From the NCBI RefSeq assembly GCF_000743755.1, contig NW_014569541.1:1-64000 (forward strand): a stretch of 64,000 nucleotides of DNA, in the 5' to 3' direction. Made by a program: the position numbers and the translations under genes. Below the pieces are notes generated by a model that ran no database searches, had not been told where the DNA came from, and saw nothing but the letters and a program-made list of their open reading frames with translations. The stretch comes from Blastocystis sp. subtype 4 (lineage: Eukaryota). Each line of letters starts with the position of its first letter. Positions within the stretch are counted from its first letter, which is position 1. Shown here one piece after another: positions 1-14,596 of this stretch.

Positions 1-514
1 ACAGACACCTTCCATAGCACCCCACAACTCCTTCAAATTCTCAATGTTGTAACCAAGACGATATTTCGGATCATCATCTGGAATCTTCATACAAGGAAGA
101 CCTTTCTTTCGCTTCTCATCCTCTTCGGGAGGGAGATTGAACAATACACTCTGATGAATCAGAAGGAGATCAATATAATCCGTTTGCAACTCTTTCAACA
201 TCCGATCGACAACAACAGGGACATCTTCTTTATGCCAGTCATAGATCCACAACTTGGTACAAATGAACAAATCGCTTCTCTTGACGATTCCTTCCTGAAT
301 ACACTTCTGAATAGCGCTCCCAACTTCTTTGTGATTATTATACGATGCTGCAGTATCAATTAGACGATATCCGTCCTTAATAGCTGTTTCCACAGCCAAA
401 GCACACGAATTCTCTTTAGAGAGATAAGTTCTACAAATAAAACGAAAGACTAATTCCGTACCCAAGACCCAAAGCGGGCATGACCATTCCATTGTTCAAT
501 ACTACTGTTTCCAT
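1..514 (-). CDS. Aldo-keto reductase (3' part outside window)
   Basis: Spliced translation METVVLNNGMVMPALGLG/TY...YRLIDTAASYNN...LFICTKLW...YIDLLLIH carries the AKR D-Y-K-H tetrad; one short intron. Confidence 0.9.
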
Positions 515-1050
515 TTCCGATTGTAAAAATAAATATATTATGCATCTACATAGCGTATTTGTAAGAGTCACAACTTTGATGAAACTCCCGGTTGTTTGAT
601 GGAAACAGTTTTCTACTTAAACAACAATTCTGTATCGTTTTCCAGGAATCTCACTTCCACTATTACCATCAGTCTCCATTCCTCATCTATCTATACCACG
701 ATATCAGTTTCAGTGGTGTCAGACGTCTTTACAGAATCCTTTTTTGTATTCAGGGTTGTTGGCTGAGGGAGTGAGATTCACTTAAAGTTTATACAATGAA
801 GTCTATTACACCAATAATGACTTGAAATACTCATTGAAACGGATCACTATACGAATAGTTGAGTCTAAAGATTTACAGTGCATCACACCAAAGACACTCC
901 ACAACATACCAACAAGTCACTGTTGACTACATGTATAGTATCTTATCACTGTTAGCAGTAGGTCCAAATTATGCAATAATATAGATAGCATTTCCAGCTC
1001 TCCTCTATAGTCATATCCAATTAGAAGATTTGAAGGGTAAAACAAATAGA

Positions 1051-1058
1051 GCGGGAAA
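1051..1058 (+). promoter_or_regulatory. E2F-like element GCGGGAAA upstream of Myb gene
   Basis: Matches TTTSSCGC consensus on the opposite strand, ~130 bp before the inferred ATG; same element in same orientation upstream of H1. Confidence 0.35.
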
Positions 1059-1186
1059 GAAGTCTTTATGTCTGTCGTATGTGAACGAAACTCCTTCCTA
1101 GAATTTTCGCTTCTTTCGTGGTCAGGTGTTACAAACCATAGTGCAAATTATACTTTATCAATTACATGGATATTCAGAGTCCAAGA

Positions 1187-2379
1187 ATGGATTCATTGCA
1201 ACCAAGTATGTCAAAGCTTGAAAACGATTAATATCCCAGGTTACTACACAATTCGTGACAGCAACTACTCCGTGGGAACTATATGTTTACCGTCATTAGA
1301 TAATGCATACTATGACCAAGCCACTAAGTCATCAAGGGATTATCTCATATCAAATACACCAGATCCTTTCGACTCTGTTTACGATACAAGTGGTTTCATA
1401 TACGAACACCAAGGAGAGCAAGATCTTCTTATTCAGGATTTCCACTCATACTTATATCAACATCCAGAGAATGATTCTCAGCCGTCTGTTCTAACATGCT
1501 TGCGATCGGATCCATATACTCCCGTATATGTTATCTTTGTCTAATTAAATAGAATTCATTCTATCAACAACCACAGTCAAGTGTTTTCTATTGGAACGAA
1601 CAATCGAAGGGTCAATCAGACGCTTATTCAGTGCCTCAAATGAATGTTTCAGCAGAAAACAGGTCACCAATACCCAATTCACAGACAGACTCTAGTATTC
1701 AATCTAAACCTCAGTATACAGCTATGGATGATTATGAAGTTTATTCTTCGTCCAATTATTCAGAGGAGAATGAGAGCAGCAGTTCATTTGACGGCAACAA
1801 GTCTATCTCCACTTCAAAGAATTCGTTGGTTGAGGGAGGTTCCACTTTCGATGATAATAGTCCTGCATCTCGTTCAGCAAAGTGGAGTTTGAAAGAATGT
1901 ACCGATTTAAAAAAGGCTGTCAAGATTTTTGGGACTCACGATAACTGGAGTGAGATAGCTGCATGTAAGAGAGTGCTTATGGAATAAAGAAAAGATGTGG
2001 GAACCCGCTCGATTAGTCAATGTGTAAACAAGTGGAGGAATGATATTAGTATGGATGGTAAAAAGGTTCGATGGACGAGAGCAAGTACAGAAATCCTACA
2101 GGAGTATCTAAAGCAAAACAAGTCCGAGAAGGAGATTCGTAAGCTCATGCCCCAATACACGTATATCCAAATCTATCAACATATTCGACGTCTCCAATGT
2201 AATCACGAGCCGTAGAATTGTTTTCAGTTCTGAACAGTAGGTGGGAAACATGGGAAGTAGAAAAGCTGAAAGAACTCCATAGTCAAGGAGTGAAGTTTGC
2301 CGAAATTGGGAGACGCCTCAATAATCGACATCGAGATGATGTCAAAAACACCTGGGTTCGTCTCTTTCAAAAGAGTTGA
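1187..2379 (+). CDS. Myb/SANT transcription factor with three C-terminal Myb-like repeats
   Basis: ORFs 1068, 1631 and 1997 join through short GT-AG introns; repeats KWSLKEC...NWSEIA...RSISQCVNKW, RWTRAST..., WETWEVEKL...DDVKNTW; TGA at 2377-2379. Confidence 0.8.
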
Positions 2380-3310
2380 GAGTATTACTTAGTGTTGTCT
2401 TCTGTATGTTGCAGAAATGAATTATACTTTTAGGCATAACCTAAAGTTTTAGGTTACACCTAAATTATGAGTATTGTTTGTTTCATTTGTTTTAGGAGAA
2501 AGAAGAATGATCTTGTCAATCTTCGTTTACTACTCTCTCATTCAAATATTGTATTTTCACTTTATTGCATGTTTATCTGGATCAGAAATTACATTACAGA
2601 GTTATTTATCATGGATAGATCGAATAGTATCGATGATGGAGTAGATTGACGAATCCGTGTATCAATCGACCAAAGATACGAAATGAAATTATGGAAAAAA
2701 TAAAGAAGACAAGAAAAGAAGGTCAACTCCAATGGAACAAGGATGAAACAAAAACAACATTAGAATGTGGTGTATCATATTTCTAAACCATTCCACAAGT
2801 AATTCAACACGAACATGTAAATGAAACACATAACCGTCTATTTACTTGTTAAGATAGGAATGGCCCCCTCTTCATTGAGTTACGCAAATCGATTCATGTA
2901 TTTGACACATATACTCTAATCCATATCATCCTGTCAAGGAGTTCCTAATCAGAGCATGTCTTTATAACCATCCGTTTTCATTCTATATTTCCGTTGCAAT
3001 GTGAGTACAAAGATAGATAATGGCAAGAATAGAATGAATTCCATCGCTGTTGGTGCATCATATTATCCAATCATATTAGTGGAACAACTCTTTTATCCAA
3101 TGAAATAATGTATATTCCACGACGGATTGATTTAAGCAAGATGACGATTTGAGATAACACAACACAATAAGAAATCTGTAAGTGGTGAATAGAATCTATT
3201 TCTTTGTTTATAGTGAACGTGAATCCGTGTTGCTACCTGTTCATTCCGTTCATCTCTTTTTTGTCCCTGTCTCTAACCAAGTGTAGATATATCTTCTTTC
3301 TTTGTGAATC

Positions 3311-4035
3311 ATGAATTCGGAATAGTAGGTTGGGTGGAAAAATGGAAGATGAGAAGGGTGCTCACTTTTGTGTAGCGATTATCTTTTCAAGCTTTTGCTG
3401 ATTGGAGATTCGGGTGTCGGTAAATCCTGCTTGTTGCTGCGCTTTGCAGATGACCAGTACTCAGATTGCTACATTACCACCATTGGTGTTGATTTTGTAT
3501 ATTGGTTCTTGGTTATGATAATTCTATAGAAGATCCGCACTGTTGATCTGGATGGAAAGACTGTGAAGTTGCAGATTGTTCTTTTTTCCTTTTTGCATTT
3601 CATGTGTAGTGGGATACTGCTGGTCAGGAGAGATTTAGAACAATTACTTCCAGTTATTATCGTGGAGCTCATGGCATCATCATTGTATATGATGTGACAG
3701 ATCAGGATTCGTTCAACAACGTGAAGACGTGGTTGCATGAGATTGATCGTTATGCCAATGAGAATGTCGTGAAGTTGTTGGTTGGCAACAAAGCAGATCT
3801 GACTGCAAAGAAGGTGGTTTCGTATGAGACTGCTAAGGAGTTTGCTGATAGTCTTGGAATTGAGTTTGTGGAGACTTCTGCCAAGAATTCGACCAACGTT
3901 GAAACGGCGTTCATGACCATGGCTCGTGAGATTATGCAGAAGAATGCTTCTGTACAGCCCGGTAACAAAGGAGCGAAGCCTACCGTGGTACCTTCTGCTG
4001 CTAAGAAGGATAGTAAGGGTTGCTGCGGAAAGTAA
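3311..4035 (+). CDS. RAB1: Rab1/Ypt1 GTPase
   Basis: [45 protein letters not shown]-terminal CC prenylation motif; 3 introns. Confidence 0.95.
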
Positions 4036-4451
4036 TGGGATTGAATGAATGTATCGCGTTATTGTAGTAATGGGTTATTTGTTGGAAAGGAACAATCGTG
4101 AATAGAGTAATGATGGATACAACAGGATGGTGAACATCTGAGTTCAGATAACTGGTGAATGTAGCAATTAGTGTTTAGCTTATTAACAAGAGTAGGAACA
4201 GCTAACTGGTAAATATAGAAATATGAACGAACTGCTGACAAAAGAGGGAGTTCAACTCACTGGTAAACGAATCCAACTAATAAATAAGGCAACAAATCAC
4301 AAAAAAACAAGACATAGTCATTCTTTCTACCAATTGCCAAATGCACCAATTCAACACCAAGGAGATTGTATCTCCCAAGATACGTTCAATTCATCTCCAT
4401 CTAGTCCTAATATACACCAATCTATATTGTCATTTTGTTTCTACAGATTCT

Positions 4452-5257
4452 ATGCAAGCATACCCTAATCTCACAGTCCTCCAAAACAGAGTAGGGTCGA
4501 ACCATCCTTCTAACCTCCAGAGTGTCAAGGCACTTATGACAATCCTACGTAATACTTCAACCAATACAGCATCCTTCCGTTTTCATGCAAACCGAGTCCA
4601 CAGGTATGCACACCCTTTAGTATTCTAAGGGTTTAGAATTCTTGTCGAAGAGGGAGTATGTGTCCTTCCAGAAACCCAAGTTTCCATCTCAACGCCCTGT
4701 GGAATCTTTCAAGGGATTGAATACCCTAAGAATATCTGTGCCGTTTCCATCATGCGCTCTGGGGATTCTCTCCTCCAAGCATTTATGGAATTGTATCCAG
4801 ATGCTCCTATCGGAAAAGTCCTGATACAACGAGACGAGACATCTTCAGACAAATGTGCTCATGTCCTATTTATCATTTTGATTTAATGATAGTTCTACTA
4901 TAGTAAACTTCCAAAAGGAATTGAGAATCAATTCGTCTTCATTTGTGATCCTATGCTTGCAACTGGTGGAAGTGTATGTGAAATGATTCGAGTATATGGT
5001 TTGAATAGCAGAACTACATTGTAGTTATTGAAAGAACATGGCATTCCCGAGAATCATATCATTTTTCTCAATGTAATTTCGGCTCCTCAAGGGATTGAAC
5101 GAGTGTTTTCACAGTACCCAGATGTTCGAATTGTTACATGTGCAGTTGATGAGGGATTGAACGATGAAAAGTTTATTGTACCCGTAGAATTGTTATAGAA
5201 GTTTAAGAATAGGGTCTGGGCGATTATGGGGATCGTTACTTCAATACTCCCAACTAA
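4452..5257 (+). CDS. UPRT: Uracil phosphoribosyltransferase
   Basis: ALMTILRN..T.TASFRFHANR, DPMLATGGS, FIVP/GLGDYGDRYF motifs across several introns. Confidence 0.9.
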
Positions 5258-5382
5258 TGGTACTAATACTAAGAATAGGATTTGGTCTTATATGTGTGTT
5301 TGATTGACAGATAATCTTTGTGGATATATAGTTCTAATCCAACCTATTCCCAGACAGGCTAACAATTAATCTAACAAACAAG

Positions 5383-6593
<1,211 letters not shown>

Positions 6594-6894
6594 TTCTCAG
6601 GAAATCGTGATTTCTGTAGCCTTGACAAAAACAACCGGTTTTTCGACCTTCGTTTCAAATTCGATTAACTCTTTCCTAATTTCTCTCTATCACATTTAAT
6701 CTTCTTGTACTCTCGATTAGCTAAGTATCAATGTGACACAGATCCTTTTCAACACTTCCTTATTACCCCTACACCTTCTCTCCTTTGTCTTCTTCTCTCA
6801 AACTCCGACTTTAATCTCGAGAATTAGAAAACCGAGTGTTCTATAGAATGGGCGTTTCATTTGGAGAATTCCAAACCTCCTCATTTTAGATTCA

Positions 6895-7281
6895 ATGGTA
6901 AGTGAAGTCGATGGAGTAGGCTTATGGTTCTAGCAGAAAATCATTCCCCTTGCTGACAGAGTCCTTGTAAAGCGATTGGTTGCTAAAGCACAAGTAAACC
7001 TATTCTCTCCTTGTCATTGTTCTAGACTGCTACTGGTATTCTTCTTCCAGAGACTTCGGTTGCCAAGGCCAATCAAGGAAAGGTAGTAGTGATTGTTTTA
7101 TATAATCATAGGTCTTGGCGTGTGGACCGGGTCGTCTGGACAATAACGGAAAACTGATTCCAATGAACTGCAAGGTTGGTGACCGTGTACTTCTCCCTGA
7201 GTACGGAGGTACTCCTTTCAAGATGGGTGACGAAGAATATACGTTGTTCTGTGATTGCGACATTCTGGGTAAATTCGAATA
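6895..7281 (+). CDS. HSP10: Mitochondrial co-chaperonin Cpn10; stop probably completed by poly(A)
   Basis: M/QKIIPLADRVLVKR...GILLPE...GPG...KVGDRVLLPEYGG...DILGKFE, then TA + 4 nt + TGTTTGTT. Confidence 0.92.
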
Positions 7282-7285
7282 TTCT

Positions 7286-7293
7286 TGTTTGTT
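7286..7293 (+). terminator. TGTTTGTT cleavage/polyadenylation motif of Cpn10
   Basis: Perfect motif 4 nt after in-frame TA at the expected Cpn10 C-terminus. Confidence 0.8.
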
Positions 7294-7352
7294 TGGAACA
7301 ATCCAGGGTTCACAACATGGAATATGGGAGAAAGGCTGTCCTTCGCACCTTA

Positions 7353-7837
7353 TTATTTCTTGCTCTCTCTCAACTTCGTTCCCAAGATTCTTTCCATCTT
7401 AGAAATTAGAGCAGGGTTGGGTACAACTTTTCCAGACTCATATTCTTGAATCACAGATACTTTTACGTTTAGTTTCTGCAATCACACTAACCACACATTT
7501 CCTACTACAGCTAAGTCCTTTTGAGACATTTGTTTTGCAGTACGAGCCTTTTGGAGACGAAGACGAAACGAAAGGTCGACTTTGGGAAGTGTGAACACTT
7601 CATCTTCCTCTTCCACCTTTCTTGCATATAATGCTGGACCATTTGTAACATTTTTATTCTTTCCAGCATCATCTAACCAAGTTATCCAAGCCTAAGAATG
7701 GACATACACTTCGAAGAAGTAACAACAGTTGTCCCTAATCTTCTCGCAATATTCACTTGTTTCTCCTTCGACTCTGTAGGCTTCGATCCTCTTTTATCCC
7801 ATCCAGCGGGTTCCCAATCTTGAAAGACTTGTGACAT
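7353..7837 (-). CDS. MBF1: Multiprotein bridging factor 1 (EDF1/MBF1)
   Basis: MSQVFQDWEP... and HTH LQKARTAKQMSQKDLA/KLNVKVSVIQEYESGKVVPNPALISKMERILGTKLR; absent from the ORF track because of introns. Confidence 0.9.
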
Positions 7838-7978
7838 GCTCTACCAACGAATTAATAAAGTACCGATTAGTAGTATCGAACTTTCTGAGACTATGAGATT
7901 AGTGGACGAAATCGACCTTCTTTTGGGAATTGTTCTCACATTCACACTTCTGTATTATCGAATGGTCGCATACTTGAA

Positions 7979-9671
7979 ATGATCCTAGTGGTCATGCTGT
8001 GGATTACTGGTTGTTTTGTGGTGATACTGCATTGTTCGTGGATATTGAGGGGAACAGAGTATCCAGATGATAAGTATATGGGTCGTTTCATTGTATTGAG
8101 TGGGGATGGAATGAGTGAAGGTGAAATGGAGAATGGAACAAAAGTGACCGATGTTATGGTGGAGAGCAAAGGGAATATATTTGATGAAGCGAATGTAGAG
8201 AGCAGAATTGCTTTAGTTGATGAAGGTGGAATTGATAACAGAGTGACGGCTACTGATGAAACCAATATCACTAGCAGGGTGGTTATGGAGAATAGTATTA
8301 TTGGCTACAACCATGATAATAGCAGTGGGATTCTCAACAATCCAACGGATATTATTCCATCACTGCATATAATCAATGCCATCCATCCAGTCTTAACTTC
8401 CATTCTTCAGCCTGAGATTACACACTCTCCACCTAAATTCAATGTCACTCCCTTACTCGATATGATTCACCAGTTCCAACAACAATGGAATTCGTCAGTC
8501 GTATTTGAAACCAATCGTCACCACTTTATTCTTGGTGGGATTCCTTACATGCGTGCACCCTGGTTATATGCCTCTGATGTCTGCTACAATCCAGCAACCA
8601 CTGTCTATTCGTTTTATACTAAATCACCCCCTCAATTCCCCAAGTCAAGTTGATTCAATAGCACTCGTTCACCTATAGGTTTCCAGTTTGGATGGAACTT
8701 CAAATACGTCCCAAGATCTCCTCCTACAGATGTATCTTGGGTTGAAGAACCTGTTGCTGTCAGTCAGGCATTCACTCCACGTCACATCTATCACTTTGCT
8801 GAAAGTGTTAATCAGCTTATTCTCGTTCTTTATTATCCGTCACAGTATCCTCCTGTTTGTGTATCTATGTTTTCTTATTGATAGATTCATACTCTTCTTC
8901 TTCCTCAATTCAAAGTTACATCTGAATTAACATGGTCTAAAGAGTATCTGCATCTCATCACATCGCTTCTTCCGAATCTCACTATTGCCCTGGCTCCTCA
9001 TACAGTCACATGTTATCGTCACCTTCTCTTCTTCGATCGACTCAACTATCTACAAAATGGAGGTTTGCTTGGAGGATTCCGCTCTGCAGATACTGTTCGA
9101 GCTCTTGTGTATCATCGATTCCATATTTCTTCTCCTCCTTCTTTTTCTGCTCTTGTTCTTCATCGATCTGGATCACGAGCCTGGAAGAGCCAAAATCAAA
9201 TCATTCAACTCGTTCGAAGAATTGCGATCCGATTCAATGCCACAGTGAATCACTCGGACCTTTTCGGATATGACTTGCAGAAGCAAGTGGCTCTTTTCTC
9301 ACAATCGGATGTTGTTATTGCAGCTCATGGAGCTGCTCTCACAAATGTTATGTTTATGCGACCACATACTGCTGTAGTGGAGTGCTTTCCTCCCTACTTT
9401 TATGAACTAACATTCGAAACTATTTGCGGTCTGGAACAGGTTCTGTATATTTCTGTCCCTGATTTCCCTCGTCAGGCACAGTATGCAGTTGCTGTCAAGT
9501 ATTACCGTCAGGGATCCTTCTATCAGAAACGAAGAAAGTTCATTGACGCTCCTGTATTCCCTCCATCAAGTCAGTTATATGATGCTGTCATGAGAGCTTT
9601 TGAGTATGTGACTCGATGGAGAAGTGTTTTTAGAGTTACTGACCAGTGGTCGGAAAGCAGTTCATGGCGAT
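7979..9671 (+). CDS. Type II membrane glycosyltransferase, GT61 (EOGT/POMGNT2-like)
   Basis: N-terminal TM; NPxxI.HFAE-like segment; KQVALFSQSDVVIAAHGAALTNVMFMRP..VVECFP signature; start approximate; end inferred from poly(A)-made stop. Confidence 0.8.
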
Positions 9672-10068
9672 TAGTTGTTTGTTATTGAAACAGATCTCTT
9701 CGGAAAGAAGGCCACTTTTCTGTCAGCCCCTTTACGCCATATGGCGAAATTGTCCAAACTCCATGATTCTTATGGATCAAAAGGAGTCAGCTGAAGAAAA
9801 TAAAGAAGCGTCCACATGCATTGATAGTATTCCGGTATTTCGTCTTTTTTCGTTCTCATCCAATAGCCGTCGGCTCTCTGCATGATATGCTTTCGACCAT
9901 TATGTGATATTCGATGTAAAGGTTAGAACTTAATCTGACCATAATCTCAAGGATCTTGCATGCGCGTCTTCCATAGTACATGTATTAAAGAGAAAGGAAA
10001 GAGATCAAAATGGTGGAAATGTTCTCTCTGCTCAAAGAAGGAGATTGAAGTTGAACTTATGACAAGGT

Positions 10069-11496
10069 TTTATTCGTAGAAATTTTATAAGATTCTCAAA
10101 TTTGTGCGAGAGGAATGTACAGAACGTCATGAATTCCCAGGATCTGCTTTCAACCAACTCATTCTCATTGATACTGTTGTTCCTCACAAGAAACGGGAAG
10201 TATTTACTCCCAAAGTCCGGATGATTCGTTTGTTTCACAGTAGACTGTCAAGTGCAGCGAATGTGATAAAAAGTGTCGAAGTCAGCTTGTTCGATGCATC
10301 CATTGTGGAGCACTTTATCATCGAGGCTGTCTTCCTATCAACAGTATCACCATATCAAACCGATTCGTCATGTTCGTGTTCTCTTGTTCTCTTACATATA
10401 GATGTCCCAGTCATTATCAGAGTCCTATTACGGTGGTTTCCTTATCCTTAGACAGTTCTAGTGATTACATGCACAAAGCGCTTCAAGACCAGTTCGATGT
10501 ATTGTTCGTTTGTCATTCTGATCCTCAGAAACTAAAAGGAATTACTGTGTCGTCAGGCCGTAGCTCACACTTCTTTCGTGGTCGTGGTCGTGGTCGTCGT
10601 GGAGCCAGTGTTAGTCGAGGAGGGCGAGGAGGCAAACGACTGTTCCATTGATGCCGGTGACTCACGTTTAGACAACACATTATTGCTTCTGATCCTACTC
10701 TGGCTTCTACCAAAGGAGAACTAATTCAGTGTCAGCGTTGTGGTCGAATGCGTCGATATCCGGCTTATATCGATCGCTCGCAATTGCCTGAAGAATGGTA
10801 CTGTGAATACAATGTGTGGGATAAGCGACAGTGTACCTGTGATGAAAATGAAGTAGGAATGATGAAAGAGCCTCAAACAAAGGAATATAAGAACGATGAA
10901 GAGAAAGAAGGATTACTGAAAGTGAAGTTAGCGACTCCAGCTATTTGGGGAGGAGAAAGCATGAAAACTGTTGTTATAAGGATAATAAGTAACGAATAGA
11001 ATAACAAATTCATTCCATCCACATTGAATAGTGTTGCTCTTATTAATTATATCTACTTCTCAAAGATTGCTCAGAGAGCTGTTCATCGAATCAACTATCT
11101 TGGAACTGTTTCTGCTTCCTACGCTTTCAATCACAATCTTGATATTCCTGGTAGCAGTGATATCACTCGTTTACTGTAGATCCCATCTTCCAGTCCCTCA
11201 GTGAAAATACACCTCTCAATAAAATGGCATTATCTGTCTATACGTATTATCGAGGAGCACCTCATATATCGATTCGGATGGTAATGAATAATGAAGTGCT
11301 CTATAAATCCACCTTTGATAATCAAAAGAGTCTAGTGGTCCAATGTGTGAGATATATGATGGAGAAGAATCTCATTGTCTTGATTGGGGAGGGTCCCTTG
11401 ACTGACGACAGCGAATGGTTGTTCAATGACCGACCTGATGAGAAGAATGTATCTATCAAGGAACTACGGTTACGGAGAATGTTTGAAACCAAATAG
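10069..11496 (+). CDS. CW-type zinc finger chromatin protein
   Basis: IQCQRCGRMRRYP...LPEEWYCEYNVWD...CTC is a zf-CW signature; RGG-rich stretch upstream; start approximate. Confidence 0.7.
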
Positions 11497-12005
11497 TTGT
11501 AGAACAAATAGTATATTGCATTCAATGTTTATTTACTACACTCAGCTGCTTATGGATTACATTCCATAACTGTTCATCCCATCTCAATCATGACCGAACA
11601 GTCTATTGATTATTCCTCCTATTCTCACTAACGTTTATGTATTGAACCAAATCTCGAAGAGACGCCCGCTGTGTCTTTAAACGAGCAATCTCTGTCCGAA
11701 TAATCGTCTCCTCCTCCTTGCACTCTTCCAGTGTTGCTCTTTGATTATCTTTTAGGGAATTCTTGATATGAGATGATTCTACTGATTACAACACTTTCCT
11801 CTCATGTCTACGTTCTTCCTTCAGATCTTCCAGTTTTGTCTCTTGTCGGCGGTGATTTATTGCCCTACACTGTTCAAGATGATTTCTCTCTTTACTTCTT
11901 GAATAGCTTACGCTTATCTCCTTCAACGAAATGAAAGAGATAATTATAACGAATCTTAATTTTCTCTTTCATTTTGCAACAAACATGAATCTGATTAAAC
12001 GACAT

Positions 12006-12908
12006 TCATACAGGATTGAATTTCCTATTGCTTTTCATCTTTGCAATCTTTGCCTTATCTCTTTCAAACTGTTCTCGCAACTCTTTCAGTTGGTTTCTCT
12101 TATTCTCTCGTCCTTGGAATCTACACTCACAAACCCATCCAAATCACACTTATAAAAGTCTGTCTTCATTTCCTTTTCTCGTCGCTTCTTCTCCTGTAAC
12201 TGCATCGCTGTCAACAGCTCTTCATCTTCAACCCGAGTACGACGACGAATAATCGTCCATCCGTCTTCGTCTGTCTCATTATGCATTCCCTACAACTAAC
12301 TTCCGCCATCCTCTAGTACATCCAACTCTTCATTGAACTTCACTAATGCAGCCTCTGCATTCTTCCTCAACTCCTGTGGAGATGTTTTGTAAAGACTACG
12401 GCAGGAATTCAAATGACTCTCAAGTAGAGGACTACGAATAGATGGATTATGAGAACCCCTTGGAGAAGGAATAGATCCAGGGTTTGTACGAAGTACTTTA
12501 AGAAGTGAGTGTAACGACTTGCGATCCACAAATTTGAGATAAGCCACGCGTGTTCCTCCCTTTGCCAATCGACCAAACCTAGCAATATATCCATTCAATA
12601 TCGCTTACTCAATAGATTCAATCTCTCCAAACCCACCAAACATTTCCTAACCGTAAATCCATATCATCTGCCCATACTTTCATTCCATCCTCCGTTAGAT
12701 TATTTACATTAATCAGAAACAACCGATCTGTCTTAGTTCCAGAGGAAGTTCTACAACTCACAGATTCACCTCGTTCCTACACATCCTCTTTGCAGTAAAT
12801 CTCTTGGTGTCCAAAGGTATTACGCAATTTCATCGGGATAATATAAAACCCATCAATCGACAATAATACTCCAGAATCTGTTGACGTATTTGGTATCGGT
12901 CCTCCCAT
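12006..12908 (-). CDS. RRP7: Ribosomal RNA-processing protein 7
   Basis: DEDGWTII...DFYK/FQGRENKRNQLKELREQFERDKAKIAKMKSNRKFNPV matches the RRP7 C-terminal domain. Confidence 0.85.
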
Positions 12909-13042
12909 TCTGTTTGCACTCCCAAAGAGTCTCAGAATGAGTATCAATGGTAAAAACGGTAATCAAGGAAAACCGTGGTTATTATGACAATGTAGAATCA
13001 AGAGTGACAAGAAACAAAGGAACAGTAGAGTACAAAATAGAA

Positions 13043-14202
13043 TCAATGAGAAGTGTGATGGTGGTGATGTAAATGGTGAGTGGAAGAGTGATGCGAGTCC
13101 CTTGAAGTGGAGCGATTTAGTTCTCTTGACCTAGAACGATGTGATTCTCCTGATACAGAATGTCGATGCCTTCGAGAATCAGTTTGTTGCTGTTCTCGTT
13201 TCGCTTCTGCCAATAACGCTTTCAATCGCTGCACTCTATTCCTCATCTCTCTTATAATATCACCACTTCTTGCTTTCCTTGGGTTTCTCCTCATCAATCT
13301 TCCGAAAAAAGGTCATTGGATCCTCACGAACACGTCGCTGCAGCTCTTGGCCAAGATCACCTGTGGTTGTATATTTGCACTCAGGGTCTCCCGCTCGATG
13401 CCCATAACACTACCGTTCAATCTTCCAATGATGCATACTTTACAACGATAACATTGAACCACACGAATCTCTTTCCCAAATGCTGCACCATGACCAGTTA
13501 ACGGCATAGATCTAAGAAAGTCACGAACACGCTTATTTTCAGGAATATCTGGAATCTTCCTCTCTGGCTACAAATTGGAACATCTAACCTTTGTTACATG
13601 GTCTTCCTCATCCAGTTTCTTCAAATCTACGTTTTCTTGTGGTAAAGAATCGGCTCTGGAAATACTACATTTCACTTCTTCATCTTCATAATACCCGCGA
13701 GATAACTCTCGTAACAACTGTTGCTGTTGTTCTTTCTCCAGCTCCTAAAATCCTCATTTCTTCATTTATAATACCATCTCGATCTTCTTCTTCAACCTCA
13801 ATTCAGTCAACTTGCTTAATTCAGACCGATCTCGCTTCTCCTTCACATTTAGTTGTGCTGACTATACCATGAATTAATAAGGATATTTCTATTACATCCG
13901 TCGGTTGAACGCTCATTCCACAGGAATTGATAGAACAAACATTAGTCAATTCTTCCTTCTGTTCACTTTCTCGCTCCATAAGGAATTGTACTGCATTGTT
14001 CTTCGTACCGATGAACAGCGAAACCTCTTTCATTCCTGCAATTGTCTTTCGACTCTACCCATTAACAAGGGTCGATTCATATTAGAATATCCTTAGTCAC
14101 GAGTCCCGACAACGATGTCTAATCAAAAACCTTTCTAATGAAGAATCCTGAACTGAAAACATCAATCTGTAGATAGACGTCCAAGAATCCGAAACATCCA
14201 TC
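13043..14202 (-). CDS. RP9: RP9/PAP-1-like splicing factor with CCHC knuckle
   Basis: IPDIPENKRVRDFL...GKEIRVVQCYRCK/YGHRAGDPEC...REDPM followed by RS/His-rich tail; start approximate. Confidence 0.75.
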
Positions 14203-14596
14203 TACAAGAAGATAAACACAAAAACCATGTATATCACTTCAATTAAGCATCTACAACTCTGATAACGTGTTTGATTCAAGAAAGAAAAGGATACAAAATA
14301 CAAGTATAACATACAATAGACATTAATAATAACCGTTCATACGTTGTATTACATCCTTTTTCAACACCTATGTCAACAAGTCCCAATATAACAAACTTCA
14401 TTCATATACAACCGTCTCAGCATCTCCAATTCAGCCTACTCATTACTACGATCGCAATATCCCAGTACTCGATAGAGTCTCTTCTCATGATTCTGAACGA
14501 TACAGTACACGGTGTATATGATACCTATCAACACCAACAACATAAGTGGATTAAAAGATCGTTTCATTGGAAGAAAACAATGATACCCATAACAGT

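Noticed and set aside
9690..9990. Small minus-strand gene starting MYYGRRACKIL (superficially Psf1-like)
   Set aside because: Could not build a convincing spliced model or identify conserved motifs
11540..11930. Possible small coiled-coil gene on the minus strand
   Set aside because: Coding-like but no clear start or family match
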